A DNA stretch of 64,000 nucleotides from Myxococcota bacterium (GTDB lineage: Bacteria; Myxococcota_A; Polyangia; Nannocystales; Nannocystaceae), in NCBI GenBank assembly GCA_039194325.1, contig JBCCWC010000007.1:82611-146610 (forward strand), written 5' to 3'. Below, one piece after another: positions 37,430 to 47,214 of this stretch; the stretch's first letter is position 1; each line of letters begins with the position of its first letter. The notes below the pieces were generated by a model, which saw only the letters and a program-made list of their open reading frames with translations, did no database searches and was not told the DNA's origin. The position numbers and the translations under genes were made by a program.

Positions 37430-40400
37430 ATGATCAATCCCAAGCGGTTTCCAAAGGACGAGATCCTCCGCGCATTCACCCAGAGCATGGCGGGGGACCA
37501 GAGCGAGCCGGTCCAGCTCGTAGACCCCACGATCATCGCCGCCCAGTCCTGTCGATTCGTTCGGGCGAACACCAGGCTCGTCAAGATCGAGTATCGCACC
37601 AGCCCTCGGCGAGCCGTCGTCATGGTGTGGGTGCTCGTCGATCTCTCGACGCTACACATCATTCCCCTCACTTTCGAGAACTGGGCACAGTTTGCCCGCG
37701 AGGGGGCCCAATATCTGAACCTGGACGAACATTCCGCCCTAGACTACGCACGCACGATGCACCACCTGACCGGCGTGTGCTTCATCGAGGCCATTGATGA
37801 CGTCGAGTGGTTCTCCCCCCTCATGCTCGAAGAGCGAGAGGCCTTGCGCCAAAAGCTTCGGGAACACCCCCCCAAGGTGGTCGAGGCGAGCGCTTCGTCG
37901 GTGCGGCTGGAGTGGTGCACCCTCGACGGCGACGAGCTGAAGCGGACCCGCTGGGATCTGGTCTTGGAGAACAAGAGCGACATCGGCAACATGCACTACG
38001 CCGGTGAGCTCATCCCCGCCAACGACGAACCACCTACGGTCATTCTGTCAGGGCTCCCGATCAACTACCGCCCTCCTCCGGGCACGCGCCCCTTCATCGT
38101 CTCCGAGCAGGCCCCGACAGACGATGATGGATGGCAAGAAGTCGGCGCCCAAGAGGCCCACCTCATCATCCGCGACATCAACCGCCAGATCACTCCGCTC
38201 ATAGACGCCAAGCGCTCCACCATGCGCAGGAAGCGACTCCACTGGTACGATATCGACCTGCTGAAGCTCGAGACCCGCGGCGCCGACACCCCCGTACACG
38301 AGATCTTGTGGAACAAGGGCCTCGCCGTTGCCCTCGATGGGACCGCGGCGCCGTTCCACCGACTCAACGACCGGCGCCGGGCCGAGCAAAACTGGGCGCT
38401 GACCTCGGTGCACCACGCCCTCGAGTATCTGATCTTCTTCAGTAACCACCTGTGGGGCTCCCCCGAAGCCGGTCCCTTCGAGATCGTCTCGACGCCCGAG
38501 CACCGTTGCTTCACCGAGGCTGACCCCGACTCCGTTGCAATGGCCCCCGGGGCGGAGCTCGAGCAGGTCAAGGCCGAGATCGCCCCACCGACCATCGAGC
38601 GCCAAGAGGATGGCTTCACGTGCGCGGATGCCCATGTCTTCTGCAACAGCGCGCTGTTCCGCGTTACGTTCCAGATCGACGAAGACGCGCTGGTCATGAT
38701 GACCTCCGATGAGCCGCTCATGGTCTGTCGGCCGGCCACGCGAGAGTCATGGACCCCACCACCACCGCCGCAGACCACGTCGAGATGGTCGAGGGGCGAT
38801 ACGTACCGGGTAATCTCGGGTGCCGAGTTCACTGAGGAACTGATCTCCCGAGACCAAGACCTAAACACCCACCGGATCGAGCTCAAGAACTGCATCGTCT
38901 GGGGCCGTGTGTCCCTCGCGGGGGTGGATTTCCGCAAGGGGATCGAGCTCCACGGCTGTCGATTCAGAGGCCCCGTCGACCTCCGCTCGACTCGATTCAA
39001 GGAGTACGATTTCATCGGCTGCAGCTTCGAGGGCGGCCTCACACTCCAGCGCGCAGAGGACGGCTCGGTGACGTTGCGGGACACCGTCGTCCTTGCCGGT
39101 GTAGACGATGGCCCATTCTCGCGACTGAGCCTGAACGAATCGAGCATAAGCTCGCTGTCGATCGTACAGTCTCATTGTGCAGCAGACCTCGACGCGAGGT
39201 GGATCCGCACGAAGGCCAACGCCTATATCGCGGGGCAGATGCTCGCCGACGTCGATTTCTCACGAGCGGTCGTCGACGGAAGCTTCGGCCTTGGATGCGA
39301 CGAGAGCTATGAGCTCGGAATTCAGATCGGCGGCACCCTCTACCTCGACAACACTCGGGCCGAGTCCGTCGAGATCTATGGCTCGGAGATCAATGGCGGG
39401 ATCTCCTTCCAGCACGCTCTGATAAAACAATCCATCGCGATCTCCGGCTACCTCGAAGACAGTCGGTTTCGCCCCTTGCGCGTCGGCGCCGACCTTGGTC
39501 TCGATCCCGAGGGCCCAGACAAGGCCGGGGCACGGCCGGTCGGGCTCAACCTCTATGGCACGCTCGTCGAGCACAACTACATCATCTTCAGGGGGATCGA
39601 CGTCTGCGGGACGGTACGCGGCGACTTCATCAACGTGGGCACCGGTCTGTTCATCGATTCCTCGGGGGCGGACATCGTCAACCACATCGACGGCGATCTC
39701 GAGCTCGGAGGTGCGCACATGCAGAAGATCCTCCGCATCGATCAGCTCGAGGTGACCGGGAGCGTCTACGCCCGCCAGATCGAGACCCAGCGCCTGAGCT
39801 TTGCGGTGGGCCACTGGCGCGACCACGGGACAAGCACCGAGCAGGCGGGCTCGCGATTTCCGGTGAAGATCGGTGGCTCGCTGAGCCTGGTCGGCGCCAA
39901 GTTCACCGGTGAGGTCTGCATGGCCGGGGTCGACGTCGGTGCTTCTGGAGATGGAGATGGATCCGCTGCGACCTCGCTCGATCTCCACGGGGCGCAGATC
40001 GGTGGAACGTTGATGTTCTACGTGCCGAGCGGCGATGATCGACTTCGCCGGCAAGACGGCACCTTCGCGTCCACGCGTGGACTATCGTCTCGCTTTGATC
40101 GCGGGATCAAGCTGTCTGGGACCATCGTCAACGGGGACATCGTCCTGTCCCACGTCGACGTACGCGATGGCGCGATCAACCTGCGGGACTCCGAGATCAA
40201 CCGAGACATCACGCTCACGAGACACGACGAGCAAGAGCCAGCCACCGCGGGTGCGCTCGTGCTCGACGGGGTCGAGTGTCTGGGCAGCATTGATCTGACG
40301 GGACTGGAGCTCGAGCGCTCTGACGCCGACTCCGGCCGCATCCTCGGGCGCAACCTGGCGGTGCGCAAGCAGCTAAGCCTGGCCAAAGAGGGCACAAGCG

Positions 40401-41263
40401 CGATCGTTCCCGGGGAGGTCGACCTCAGCTTCTCCAAGCTGGGGGTCCTCGAGATCTCCTGCCACCAGAGCGGCGGCATCAATCTCGGCCGCACGAGCAT
40501 CGACATGCTGACCGTGCAGGTGCACGAGCAAGACTACCCACGCCCGATAAGCCTCCTGCACGCTGACATTCGATGGTGGCAATTTCGGCACGGCGAGACC
40601 ACGTCCTCCGACAACGCCGATGACTACATCCAGCTGCTAGCGGGCGACGAGCACAAGCAGATCGACACCTGGTGGTCGGTCGAGAACGGGCTTCAGAGTC
40701 GCGGCATGGAACACGAGGCCGACCAGATCCACAAGCAGATGCGCCGATGGCTACGCAGCCAGCGGGCCCGGTCCGCACGGCAGCACCGTGGATTCGCCCG
40801 CGGGATCTCCACGGCGAAGCTGTGGCGCCAGGCGGTTTGGGACTGGCTGACCGACTCACAGACCAACCCCGCCCGCCTCATCGTGGTGGTCATCGTCTGG
40901 TTCATGGTCAGCTCCATGATCTTTTCGCTCCCGGAGAACATGGGTCCTACCGAGGAGGCACTGGCCGCCACGGTCGATACGGTGGGCGACGACGAGAACC
41001 CGGAGGACTGGGGGCTCTTCTCCGGCGTCGCCGTCGCGCTACGTCACCACTTCCCGGTCGCGAGCTTCACCGCGGTCGACGACTGGGAACCTCGCACGGA
41101 TACGGCGCTCACGGTGTGGCGAGACGACAAAGGACACCGATGGCAGGCTCGGATGTTCACCCCCGATGGCTACGCGAACATGGTGTCTGCGCTGCACTGG
41201 ATCATCCTCCCCATCATCTTGCTGATCACGTCGCACAAGTATTTGCGGCGGTTCCAGACTTAG
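37430..41263 (+). CDS. Large pentapeptide-like beta-helix protein with C-terminal membrane module
   Basis: 1277 aa; recurring (L/F)xxxxxxGx(L/V)xL repeats from ~aa 480; C-terminal TNPARL-TM...FPVASF..WEP...TM. Confidence 0.8.
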   Translation: MINPKRFPKDEILRAFTQSMAGDQSEPVQLVDPTIIAAQSCRFVRANTRLVKIEYRTSPRRAVVMVWVLVDLSTLHIIPLTFENWAQFAREGAQYLNLDEHSALDYARTMHHLTGVCFIEAIDDVEWFSPLMLEEREALRQKLREHPPKVVEASASSVRLEWCTLDGDELKRTRWDLVLENKSDIGNMHYAGELIPANDEPPTVILSGLPINYRPPPGTRPFIVSEQAPTDDDGWQEVGAQEAHLIIRDINRQITPLIDAKRSTMRRKRLHWYDIDLLKLETRGADTPVHEILWNKGLAVALDGTAAPFHRLNDRRRAEQNWALTSVHHALEYLIFFSNHLWGSPEAGPFEIVSTPEHRCFTEADPDSVAMAPGAELEQVKAEIAPPTIERQEDGFTCADAHVFCNSALFRVTFQIDEDALVMMTSDEPLMVCRPATRESWTPPPPPQTTSRWSRGDTYRVISGAEFTEELISRDQDLNTHRIELKNCIVWGRVSLAGVDFRKGIELHGCRFRGPVDLRSTRFKEYDFIGCSFEGGLTLQRAEDGSVTLRDTVVLAGVDDGPFSRLSLNESSISSLSIVQSHCAADLDARWIRTKANAYIAGQMLADVDFSRAVVDGSFGLGCDESYELGIQIGGTLYLDNTRAESVEIYGSEINGGISFQHALIKQSIAISGYLEDSRFRPLRVGADLGLDPEGPDKAGARPVGLNLYGTLVEHNYIIFRGIDVCGTVRGDFINVGTGLFIDSSGADIVNHIDGDLELGGAHMQKILRIDQLEVTGSVYARQIETQRLSFAVGHWRDHGTSTEQAGSRFPVKIGGSLSLVGAKFTGEVCMAGVDVGASGDGDGSAATSLDLHGAQIGGTLMFYVPSGDDRLRRQDGTFASTRGLSSRFDRGIKLSGTIVNGDIVLSHVDVRDGAINLRDSEINRDITLTRHDEQEPATAGALVLDGVECLGSIDLTGLELERSDADSGRILGRNLAVRKQLSLAKEGTSAIVPGEVDLSFSKLGVLEISCHQSGGINLGRTSIDMLTVQVHEQDYPRPISLLHADIRWWQFRHGETTSSDNADDYIQLLAGDEHKQIDTWWSVENGLQSRGMEHEADQIHKQMRRWLRSQRARSARQHRGFARGISTAKLWRQAVWDWLTDSQTNPARLIVVVIVWFMVSSMIFSLPENMGPTEEALAATVDTVGDDENPEDWGLFSGVAVALRHHFPVASFTAVDDWEPRTDTALTVWRDDKGHRWQARMFTPDGYANMVSALHWIILPIILLITSHKYLRRFQT

Positions 41264-41401
41264 GGAGGTCGGCGGGTCGACGGCGCATCGCGTTTCACGG
41301 GGCGACGCACGCGACTGTGTTCGCCACTCGAATGCCCCTACGACGTCGACGACGTGAGCCGCGCTTCGCTCGAGCGCGGCCTCGCGCCAACTCCGACTTC
41401 G

Positions 41402-41806
41402 TTACACCGAGAACGAGGACCCGCAGCCGCAGCTGCCGGTGGTGTTGGGGTTGTTGAACTTGAAGCCCGCCCCCTGCAGACCCTCGACGTAGTCGATGGT
41501 GGTGCCCATCAGGTACATGAAGCTCATCTGGTCGGCGACCAGCTTGACCTCGTTGCTCTCGAACACGTAGTCGCCTTCGGCGTGCTCGTCGAAGTAGAGG
41601 TCGTACTGGAAGCCGGAGCAGCCGCCGCCCATCACCTTCACGCGCAGCGCAAAATGAAGATCGATGGACTCGGCCTCGCGGATCTCCCGGACCTTGTCGG
41701 CGGCCACCTCGGTCAGCGCCAAAGCCCCGGCCATGGCCGGATCGGTGATCGCCTCGGGCATCGACTTGGGCTGGGTCTCGATCGAAGGAGCGGTCTCGGT
41801 TTCCAT
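41402..41806 (-). CDS. erpA: A-type Fe-S carrier (HesB/IscA/ErpA family)
   Basis: GGGCSG and C-terminal CGCGSSF; ErpA vs IscA not resolvable by eye. Confidence 0.92.
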   Translation of the reverse strand: METETAPSIETQPKSMPEAITDPAMAGALALTEVAADKVREIREAESIDLHFALRVKVMGGGCSGFQYDLYFDEHAEGDYVFESNEVKLVADQMSFMYLMGTTIDYVEGLQGAGFKFNNPNTTGSCGCGSSFSV

Positions 41807-42019
41807 GGAACGCACGTCACTTTCAGGCACCGCGCTTAGGGCGCCCTGTCTGGGATCCAAACCTGACGTTAGGGAAGATGCGACCCCGGGGGTCCTCGGT
41901 CAAGCCGAACACCCGTTTGGGGCCTCACGCGGTAGATCCGGGCGTCAGAGGCGCCCGCCGGGTACCGGCCCGGTGGTGGTTTGACACAGGCCGGCGCCGG
42001 CGCCTACGTTGACGAAGAA

Positions 42020-43591
42020 ATGTCGGCCAGTGTCGTGAAATCTCGGAGCTTTAGCACCTCTTCGGCGCTTTTGGGACTGACGCTGGGGCTCGGCCTCGGG
42101 CTGGGGGCGACCGGCTGTGACAGCCGCTCCGACGCGATGAGCCGACAGGTCGAGGGTTTCGACAAGACCAAGGCCAAGGACAAGGCCGAGCTGCCCGAGA
42201 AGGTCCCGCCGCACCCCCTGCGGGAAAAGCTGATGCCGGTCCTGTCCAAGCTCTATCCGCTCAACGAGCCGCCGGGGGTGGTCGACGGGGGGGTGGAGGC
42301 CGAGGGCGAGTACAAGTACGAGCTCAAGGCCGGCGTGCTGGCGGTGATCCGGCTGCCTTCGGGGCTGTCGCAAGACGCCAAGATCAAGGCGATCGTGCAG
42401 GGCACGGCCGAGGCCGACGCGTGGGCCTACCGCAAGACAGCCCGCCGCGAGTACGCCGATCTGGTCAACCGGGTCAAGAACGGCTACGGCAAGGATCAGC
42501 GCGACAAGATCCTCAAGGCCTACGCGGAGCTGCGGATGCTCCAGTACTTCAACGGCGAGTCGGCCAAGGCCGACGTCGACGCGCTGCCCGGTGACGTCAA
42601 GGCGCCGGTGGAGCAGCTGCGCCAGTACTACGTCGACAACAAGGAGAAGGTCTGGGACGAGTGGATGGCGGTCAAGATGTACGCCCGCCGCGTGGTGGCC
42701 GGCGACGATCCGTTCCGCGGGGTGCTCCGCGACATCCGCAAGGAGCTGGGCAAGGAGGAGCCGCCGCCGCGCACCTGGGAGGAGTCGTTCGCGACGCCGG
42801 CCTTCAAGACATGGGGCGCCGAGATCCGCAAGGACGAGAAGTTGCTGAGCATGCTGCTCAACCAACGCGAGATGAAGGAGCGCGAGGCGCTGCTGAGCGA
42901 CACCCACTCGCTGTGGGTCGTGGAGGGCACGGCGGAGGTCCCCAAGAAGGCGGCCAAGGTCAAGATCGACAAGGATCTCGGCTTTGGAGTGGTGCGCGAG
43001 GATCTGGGCGGTGGCTACAACGACCTGACCTTCGTGTTCTCCAAGAAGCTCTCGGGGCCCGCGCTCAAGAAGGCGTTCTTGCGCTCGATCATCTACGGCC
43101 ACATGCTCAGCGACTTCCAGATGCTGGCCACCGCCGGCTCCGACTTCGCCAAGCGGGACGCCGACAACGTGATCGACTCGACCACCTCGGTGGTACCCGA
43201 CAAATACGACCCGCTCTACGCCCGCTGCGGCTCGGGGGCGGCGATCGACACCTTCATCAACAACTACAAGGACGAGTTCCCGATCCTCGAGGGGCTGCCC
43301 GCGGCCACGGTGCCGGAGAAGATCCTGGGTGATGCGCACCAGTGCGTAATCGACGGGGCCCGCGGCGAGATCCACATCCCGGCCAAGGACGACGAGAAGG
43401 ACGTGGAAGGCCCGGCCCCGGGCAGCCGGCTGGCGATCTATCAGATGCTGGCCCGCTTCGAGAACATGGACGCCGACGTGGCGGCCATGGGCCAGGACAA
43501 GCGCACCGCCGAGGACGACGTGATCGACGAAGGCGAGGCGATCCTCCAGGCGATCAAGGCCAAGGAGAACGAGGGCAAGGGGATCAAGTAG
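42020..43591 (+). CDS. Lipoprotein, hypothetical
   Basis: Signal ending ATG-C; very strong GC3 bias; Lys/Asp-rich. Confidence 0.85.
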   Translation: MSASVVKSRSFSTSSALLGLTLGLGLGLGATGCDSRSDAMSRQVEGFDKTKAKDKAELPEKVPPHPLREKLMPVLSKLYPLNEPPGVVDGGVEAEGEYKYELKAGVLAVIRLPSGLSQDAKIKAIVQGTAEADAWAYRKTARREYADLVNRVKNGYGKDQRDKILKAYAELRMLQYFNGESAKADVDALPGDVKAPVEQLRQYYVDNKEKVWDEWMAVKMYARRVVAGDDPFRGVLRDIRKELGKEEPPPRTWEESFATPAFKTWGAEIRKDEKLLSMLLNQREMKEREALLSDTHSLWVVEGTAEVPKKAAKVKIDKDLGFGVVREDLGGGYNDLTFVFSKKLSGPALKKAFLRSIIYGHMLSDFQMLATAGSDFAKRDADNVIDSTTSVVPDKYDPLYARCGSGAAIDTFINNYKDEFPILEGLPAATVPEKILGDAHQCVIDGARGEIHIPAKDDEKDVEGPAPGSRLAIYQMLARFENMDADVAAMGQDKRTAEDDVIDEGEAILQAIKAKENEGKGIK

Positions 43592-43742
43592 CCGCAGTAT
43601 TCGACCGGATCCACACGAATTCGGGCGGCTCCGGGAGTTCCCGTTGCCCCGGGTTACCCCCAGGCGACCATGGGAGGCGACCATGGGAGCGAGGGCGGTC
43701 TGATGCGGATGCTACGAACCGGTGTAGTGCTCACGATCGGCC

Positions 43743-44660
43743 TTGGCCTTCGAGCACACCGGCGCGGTGTTCGATGACTCGGGCAACCTGCTGTGGGACT
43801 CGGGCGATTCGATCGACTTCAGCATCGGCTCGCTGGTCACCGCCGCCGATCTCGACGACGACGGGGATCTCAAGGTGATCCACGGCGCCACCGCCTACCA
43901 CCACGACGGCTCGCTCTACTACAGCACCCCGCTCCAGCCGGGCTTCCCCCACGTGGCGAAATTCGACGGCGACGCGAGCCCCGAGATCATCGTGATGAAT
44001 GGCGACGGCATCAACATGCTGGAGCACGACGGCAGCATCGTATGGCAAGGGCAGCGGCCCACCGGCGATCCGGCCAATCCCTTCACCGTGTGGCTCAAGC
44101 CGGAGACCGTGCACGACTTCGACGGCGACGGGATCTCCGAGTTCGCGACCGGCTCGGCCAACAACTACGCCGCCTACGAGATCACGCCGGCGGGCCCAAC
44201 GATCATCTGGCAGGCTCCGGTGCTCGACCAAAGCGGCTCGGCCGGCGGCACCGCCTTCGATTTCGACGGCGACGGGATCGCCGAGGCGATGTACGCGGAC
44301 GAGACCCAGCTGTTCGTGTTCGACGGCACGGGCATGCCCCTGCTCACCGCCCCCCGACAGAGCGGCACCGGGCTGGAGTACCCCGTGGTGGCCGACATCG
44401 ACAACGATGGCTCGGCCGAGATCGTGGTGGTCTCCAACTTCCAGACGGGCATGGGCTCCCCGACGGTCCAGGCGATCCGCGACGTGCAAGATCGGTGGAT
44501 CCAGGCCCGCCGGATCTGGAACCAGCACACCTACCATGTCTCGAATGTTCGGGAGGATGGCACGATCCCCACAACCGAGACCCAATCGTGGCAGCAGCTC
44601 AACACCTTTCGTACCAACGCACAGATCGAAGGCGGAGGGATCTGCCAACCGGCGGGCTGA
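43743..44660 (+). pseudogene. FG-GAP/VCBS repeat protein, probably 5'-truncated
   Basis: DLDDDGD, DFDGDG, DIDNDG repeats, RRIWNQHTYHVSNV; no signal peptide, TTG start with no clear SD. Confidence 0.7.
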
Positions 44661-44749
44661 AGGGCTGAGCCTCACGCACAGCCACGCTCCACCCGTGACG
44701 GCATGGGGGTTGAGGTGCGCTCCCCGGGCGCGGCTATACTCCACCCGCG

Positions 44750-45541
44750 ATGGTCCGGACTCACGACTTTTCGATGCGCTACGGCCCATGGGCGGTGGTC
44801 GCTGGAGCGTCGGAGGGGCTCGGGGCCGCCTTCGCCACTGCGCTGGCCCGGCGCGGGTCGAACCTGGTGCTGCTGGCCCGACGCGCTCGCGAGCTGGAGG
44901 GGGTGGCCGAGCGGCTGCGGCGTGACTACGATGTGGAGGTCCGCCCGGTGGTCTTCGATCTTGCCCGGCCCGACCTCGAGCACACGCTACGCCAGACCAC
45001 CGCGCTGCTCGACGTGGGGGTGGCGATCTACAACGCCGCGTATGCGCCGGTCGGCGAGCTCATCGATCAAGAGCCGCAGGCCCTGCGCGCGGTGGTCGAC
45101 GTCAACGTCCACGGCCCGGTGGCGTTCGCCCGAGCGCTCACGCCGGCCATGGCCGCCCGAGGGCGCGGGGCGCTGGTGCTGATGTCGTCGCTCGCGGGCC
45201 TGCAAGGCACGCCAAGGCTGGCGACCTACGCGGCGAGCAAGGCGTTCAACATCACGCTCGCCGAGAGCCTGTGGGTCGAGCTGCGCCCGCACGGGGTGAA
45301 GGTGGTGGCGTCGTGCGCCGGGGCGATCCGTACCCCGGGCTACGCCGAGGTGTCGCGCCGCGAAGCCCCCGGAACGCTCGACGCCAAGGAGGTCGCCGAG
45401 CGCACCCTGGCCGCCCTGGACCGCGGACCTCGGTTCATCCCGGGGCTCATCAACCGCATCGTCGGCCTGGTGCTGGGCCGGCTGCTACCGCGCCGCCTGT
45501 CGATCGCGGTGATGGCCGCCAACACCAAGGACCTGGCATGA
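44750..45541 (+). CDS. SDR oxidoreductase (17beta-HSD/KAR-like)
   Basis: YGPWAVVAGASEGLG, YNAA, MSS, YAASK. Confidence 0.93.
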   Translation: MVRTHDFSMRYGPWAVVAGASEGLGAAFATALARRGSNLVLLARRARELEGVAERLRRDYDVEVRPVVFDLARPDLEHTLRQTTALLDVGVAIYNAAYAPVGELIDQEPQALRAVVDVNVHGPVAFARALTPAMAARGRGALVLMSSLAGLQGTPRLATYAASKAFNITLAESLWVELRPHGVKVVASCAGAIRTPGYAEVSRREAPGTLDAKEVAERTLAALDRGPRFIPGLINRIVGLVLGRLLPRRLSIAVMAANTKDLA

Positions 45542-45590
45542 TCGATCTGGCATGATCGATCTGGCATGAAGGACCTGGCATGATCGATCT
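45527..45590 (+). repeat. 14-bp tandem repeat spanning the SDR stop / reductase start
   Basis: Units ending CTGGCATGA at 14-bp spacing; ATGs at 45538, 45552, 45566, 45580. Confidence 0.9.
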
Positions 45591-46662
45591 CGCCGGCTTC
45601 TGTACCCCCTGGCTCATCTTCGGGCTGGTGCTGCTCCTGCATCTGCTGCTTCCCGCCCAGCGAGTGCGTGGCTACGTGCGCGACCCGAAGACAGGAGAGC
45701 CGCTGCGCTATCGACTCAACGGGATCTTCGTGCTGGCCGCCACGCTGGGCCTGTGGGTGCTGGCGGGGCAGCAGGGCTGGCTGCCCTGGGACTACCTGTG
45801 GACGCACCGCTGGGGCAGCCTCGCCGGCGCCTGCACGCTCGGGTTGCTGTTCACGCTGGTCGTCGTGCTACCCGCTCGCAGCACGGGGCGCTCGTTGCTC
45901 GCCGATCTGTTCTTCGGACGCCTGGAGAACCCGCAGTGCCTCGGCGGGCGAGTCGACGTAAAGATGTACCTCTACCTGGCGGGCGCGACGATGCTCGCGC
46001 TCAACCTGCTGTCCTTCGCGGCCCACCACGTGATGGCGCACGAGGGTGCAATCTCGCCGGGCGTGCTGCTGCACCTGGGGCTGTTTTCGTGGTTCTTGCT
46101 CGACTACCTATTCTTCGAACGCGTGCACCTCTATACCTATGATCTCTTTGCCGAGCGGGTCGGCTTCAAGCTCGGATGGGGGTGCCTGACCTTCTACCCC
46201 TACTTCTATGCGGTGGGGCTTTGGAGCGTGGCCGACCTGGGCGACCCGGGGGCACCCCGGTGGCTGTTGCTGGTCGCCACCGCGGTCTTCTTTGGCGGGT
46301 GGTGCCTGGCGCGAGGGTCGAACATGCAAAAGTTCTTGTTCAAGCTCGACCCGACCCACCGCTTCTTGGGCGTGTTCGAGCCGCAGGTGGTCACCGACGG
46401 GCAGCGACGCCTGCTATGCAGCGGGTTTTGGGGGATCTCGCGGCATGTCAACTACCTGGGCGAGATCCTGATGGCCACCGGACTGGCGCTGGCGCTGGGT
46501 CGACCGGAGTGCATCGGGCCGTGGCTGTATCCGCTGTACTACGTGCTGCTGCTGGTGCCGCGCGAGCGCGACGATCACCGGCGCTGCGCTGCGAAGTACG
46601 GGGCGCTGTGGGACGAGTACTGCCGCCGGGTGCCGCGGAGGATCGTGCCGGGGGTGTACTGA
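45580..46662 (+). CDS. ERG4/ERG24-family sterol reductase (C14 or C7 reductase-like)
   Basis: Multi-TM; YDLFAERVGFKLGWG, LLCSGFWGISRHVNYLGE, RDDHRRCAAKYGALWDEYCRRVPRRIVPGVY. Confidence 0.92.
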   Translation: MIDLAGFCTPWLIFGLVLLLHLLLPAQRVRGYVRDPKTGEPLRYRLNGIFVLAATLGLWVLAGQQGWLPWDYLWTHRWGSLAGACTLGLLFTLVVVLPARSTGRSLLADLFFGRLENPQCLGGRVDVKMYLYLAGATMLALNLLSFAAHHVMAHEGAISPGVLLHLGLFSWFLLDYLFFERVHLYTYDLFAERVGFKLGWGCLTFYPYFYAVGLWSVADLGDPGAPRWLLLVATAVFFGGWCLARGSNMQKFLFKLDPTHRFLGVFEPQVVTDGQRRLLCSGFWGISRHVNYLGEILMATGLALALGRPECIGPWLYPLYYVLLLVPRERDDHRRCAAKYGALWDEYCRRVPRRIVPGVY

Positions 46663-46664
46663 GG
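46624..46664 (+). repeat. Direct repeat copy 1 (3' end of the sterol reductase)
   Basis: 40/41 identical to 50808-50848. Confidence 0.9.
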
Positions 46665-47214
46665 CACAGACACGCTGCCCGAGCAAGAGCTCGGACGAAC
46701 TCGGGGCTCACCACAAAGAAAACGAGACGGAGCGCTCGGCCCAGTGGGCGTGGACGGCCCATGACCACGACGCGGCGTCTTCGAGGTATCCGGGCCCGTG
46801 AGCCGGTTCGCAATCGCGTTCCATGACCACAGCATTCTCTCGAAGACGAATTCGCAATCGATCACGTCACATCGGCCCGACGCATGCTTCTGCCCCCGTA
46901 ACTTCGAGAGGCGCTTTGTGCCCCCGAAAGGCCAAAGATCATGCGACGCCAATTCAACCCCTTCACCACCCTATTACCGCAATGGTCACCTACCACTTGG
47001 GACAGTCGGCCAGCGGGCCCATCCTCATCGAGCTACAAATGGACCGACTACGCCAACGCCAATGGGCAATTCCTCGCCACTAATACAGCAATTGGTGCGG
47101 CAAGGCAGACAACGAGCTGCAATAGCCCAAGGAGGAAGCGCAGGGCGTGGACACGCTGTGCAGAACCACCAGGCCGGTTGGCATGGCCCGCCGCAGCCCT
47201 GATAGGATGATGAA

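Noticed and set aside
33403..41263. Prophage
   Set aside because: No structural, terminase, integrase or replication genes; only two phage-like genes
41945..43684. 579-aa minus-strand ORF
   Set aside because: Antisense shadow of the 42020 lipoprotein, which has the signal peptide and codon bias
46800..47210. Lower-GC spacer as an integrase, transposase or nuclease remnant
   Set aside because: Only a weak ILIE/YKW hint across a frameshift; not enough to call without BLASTx
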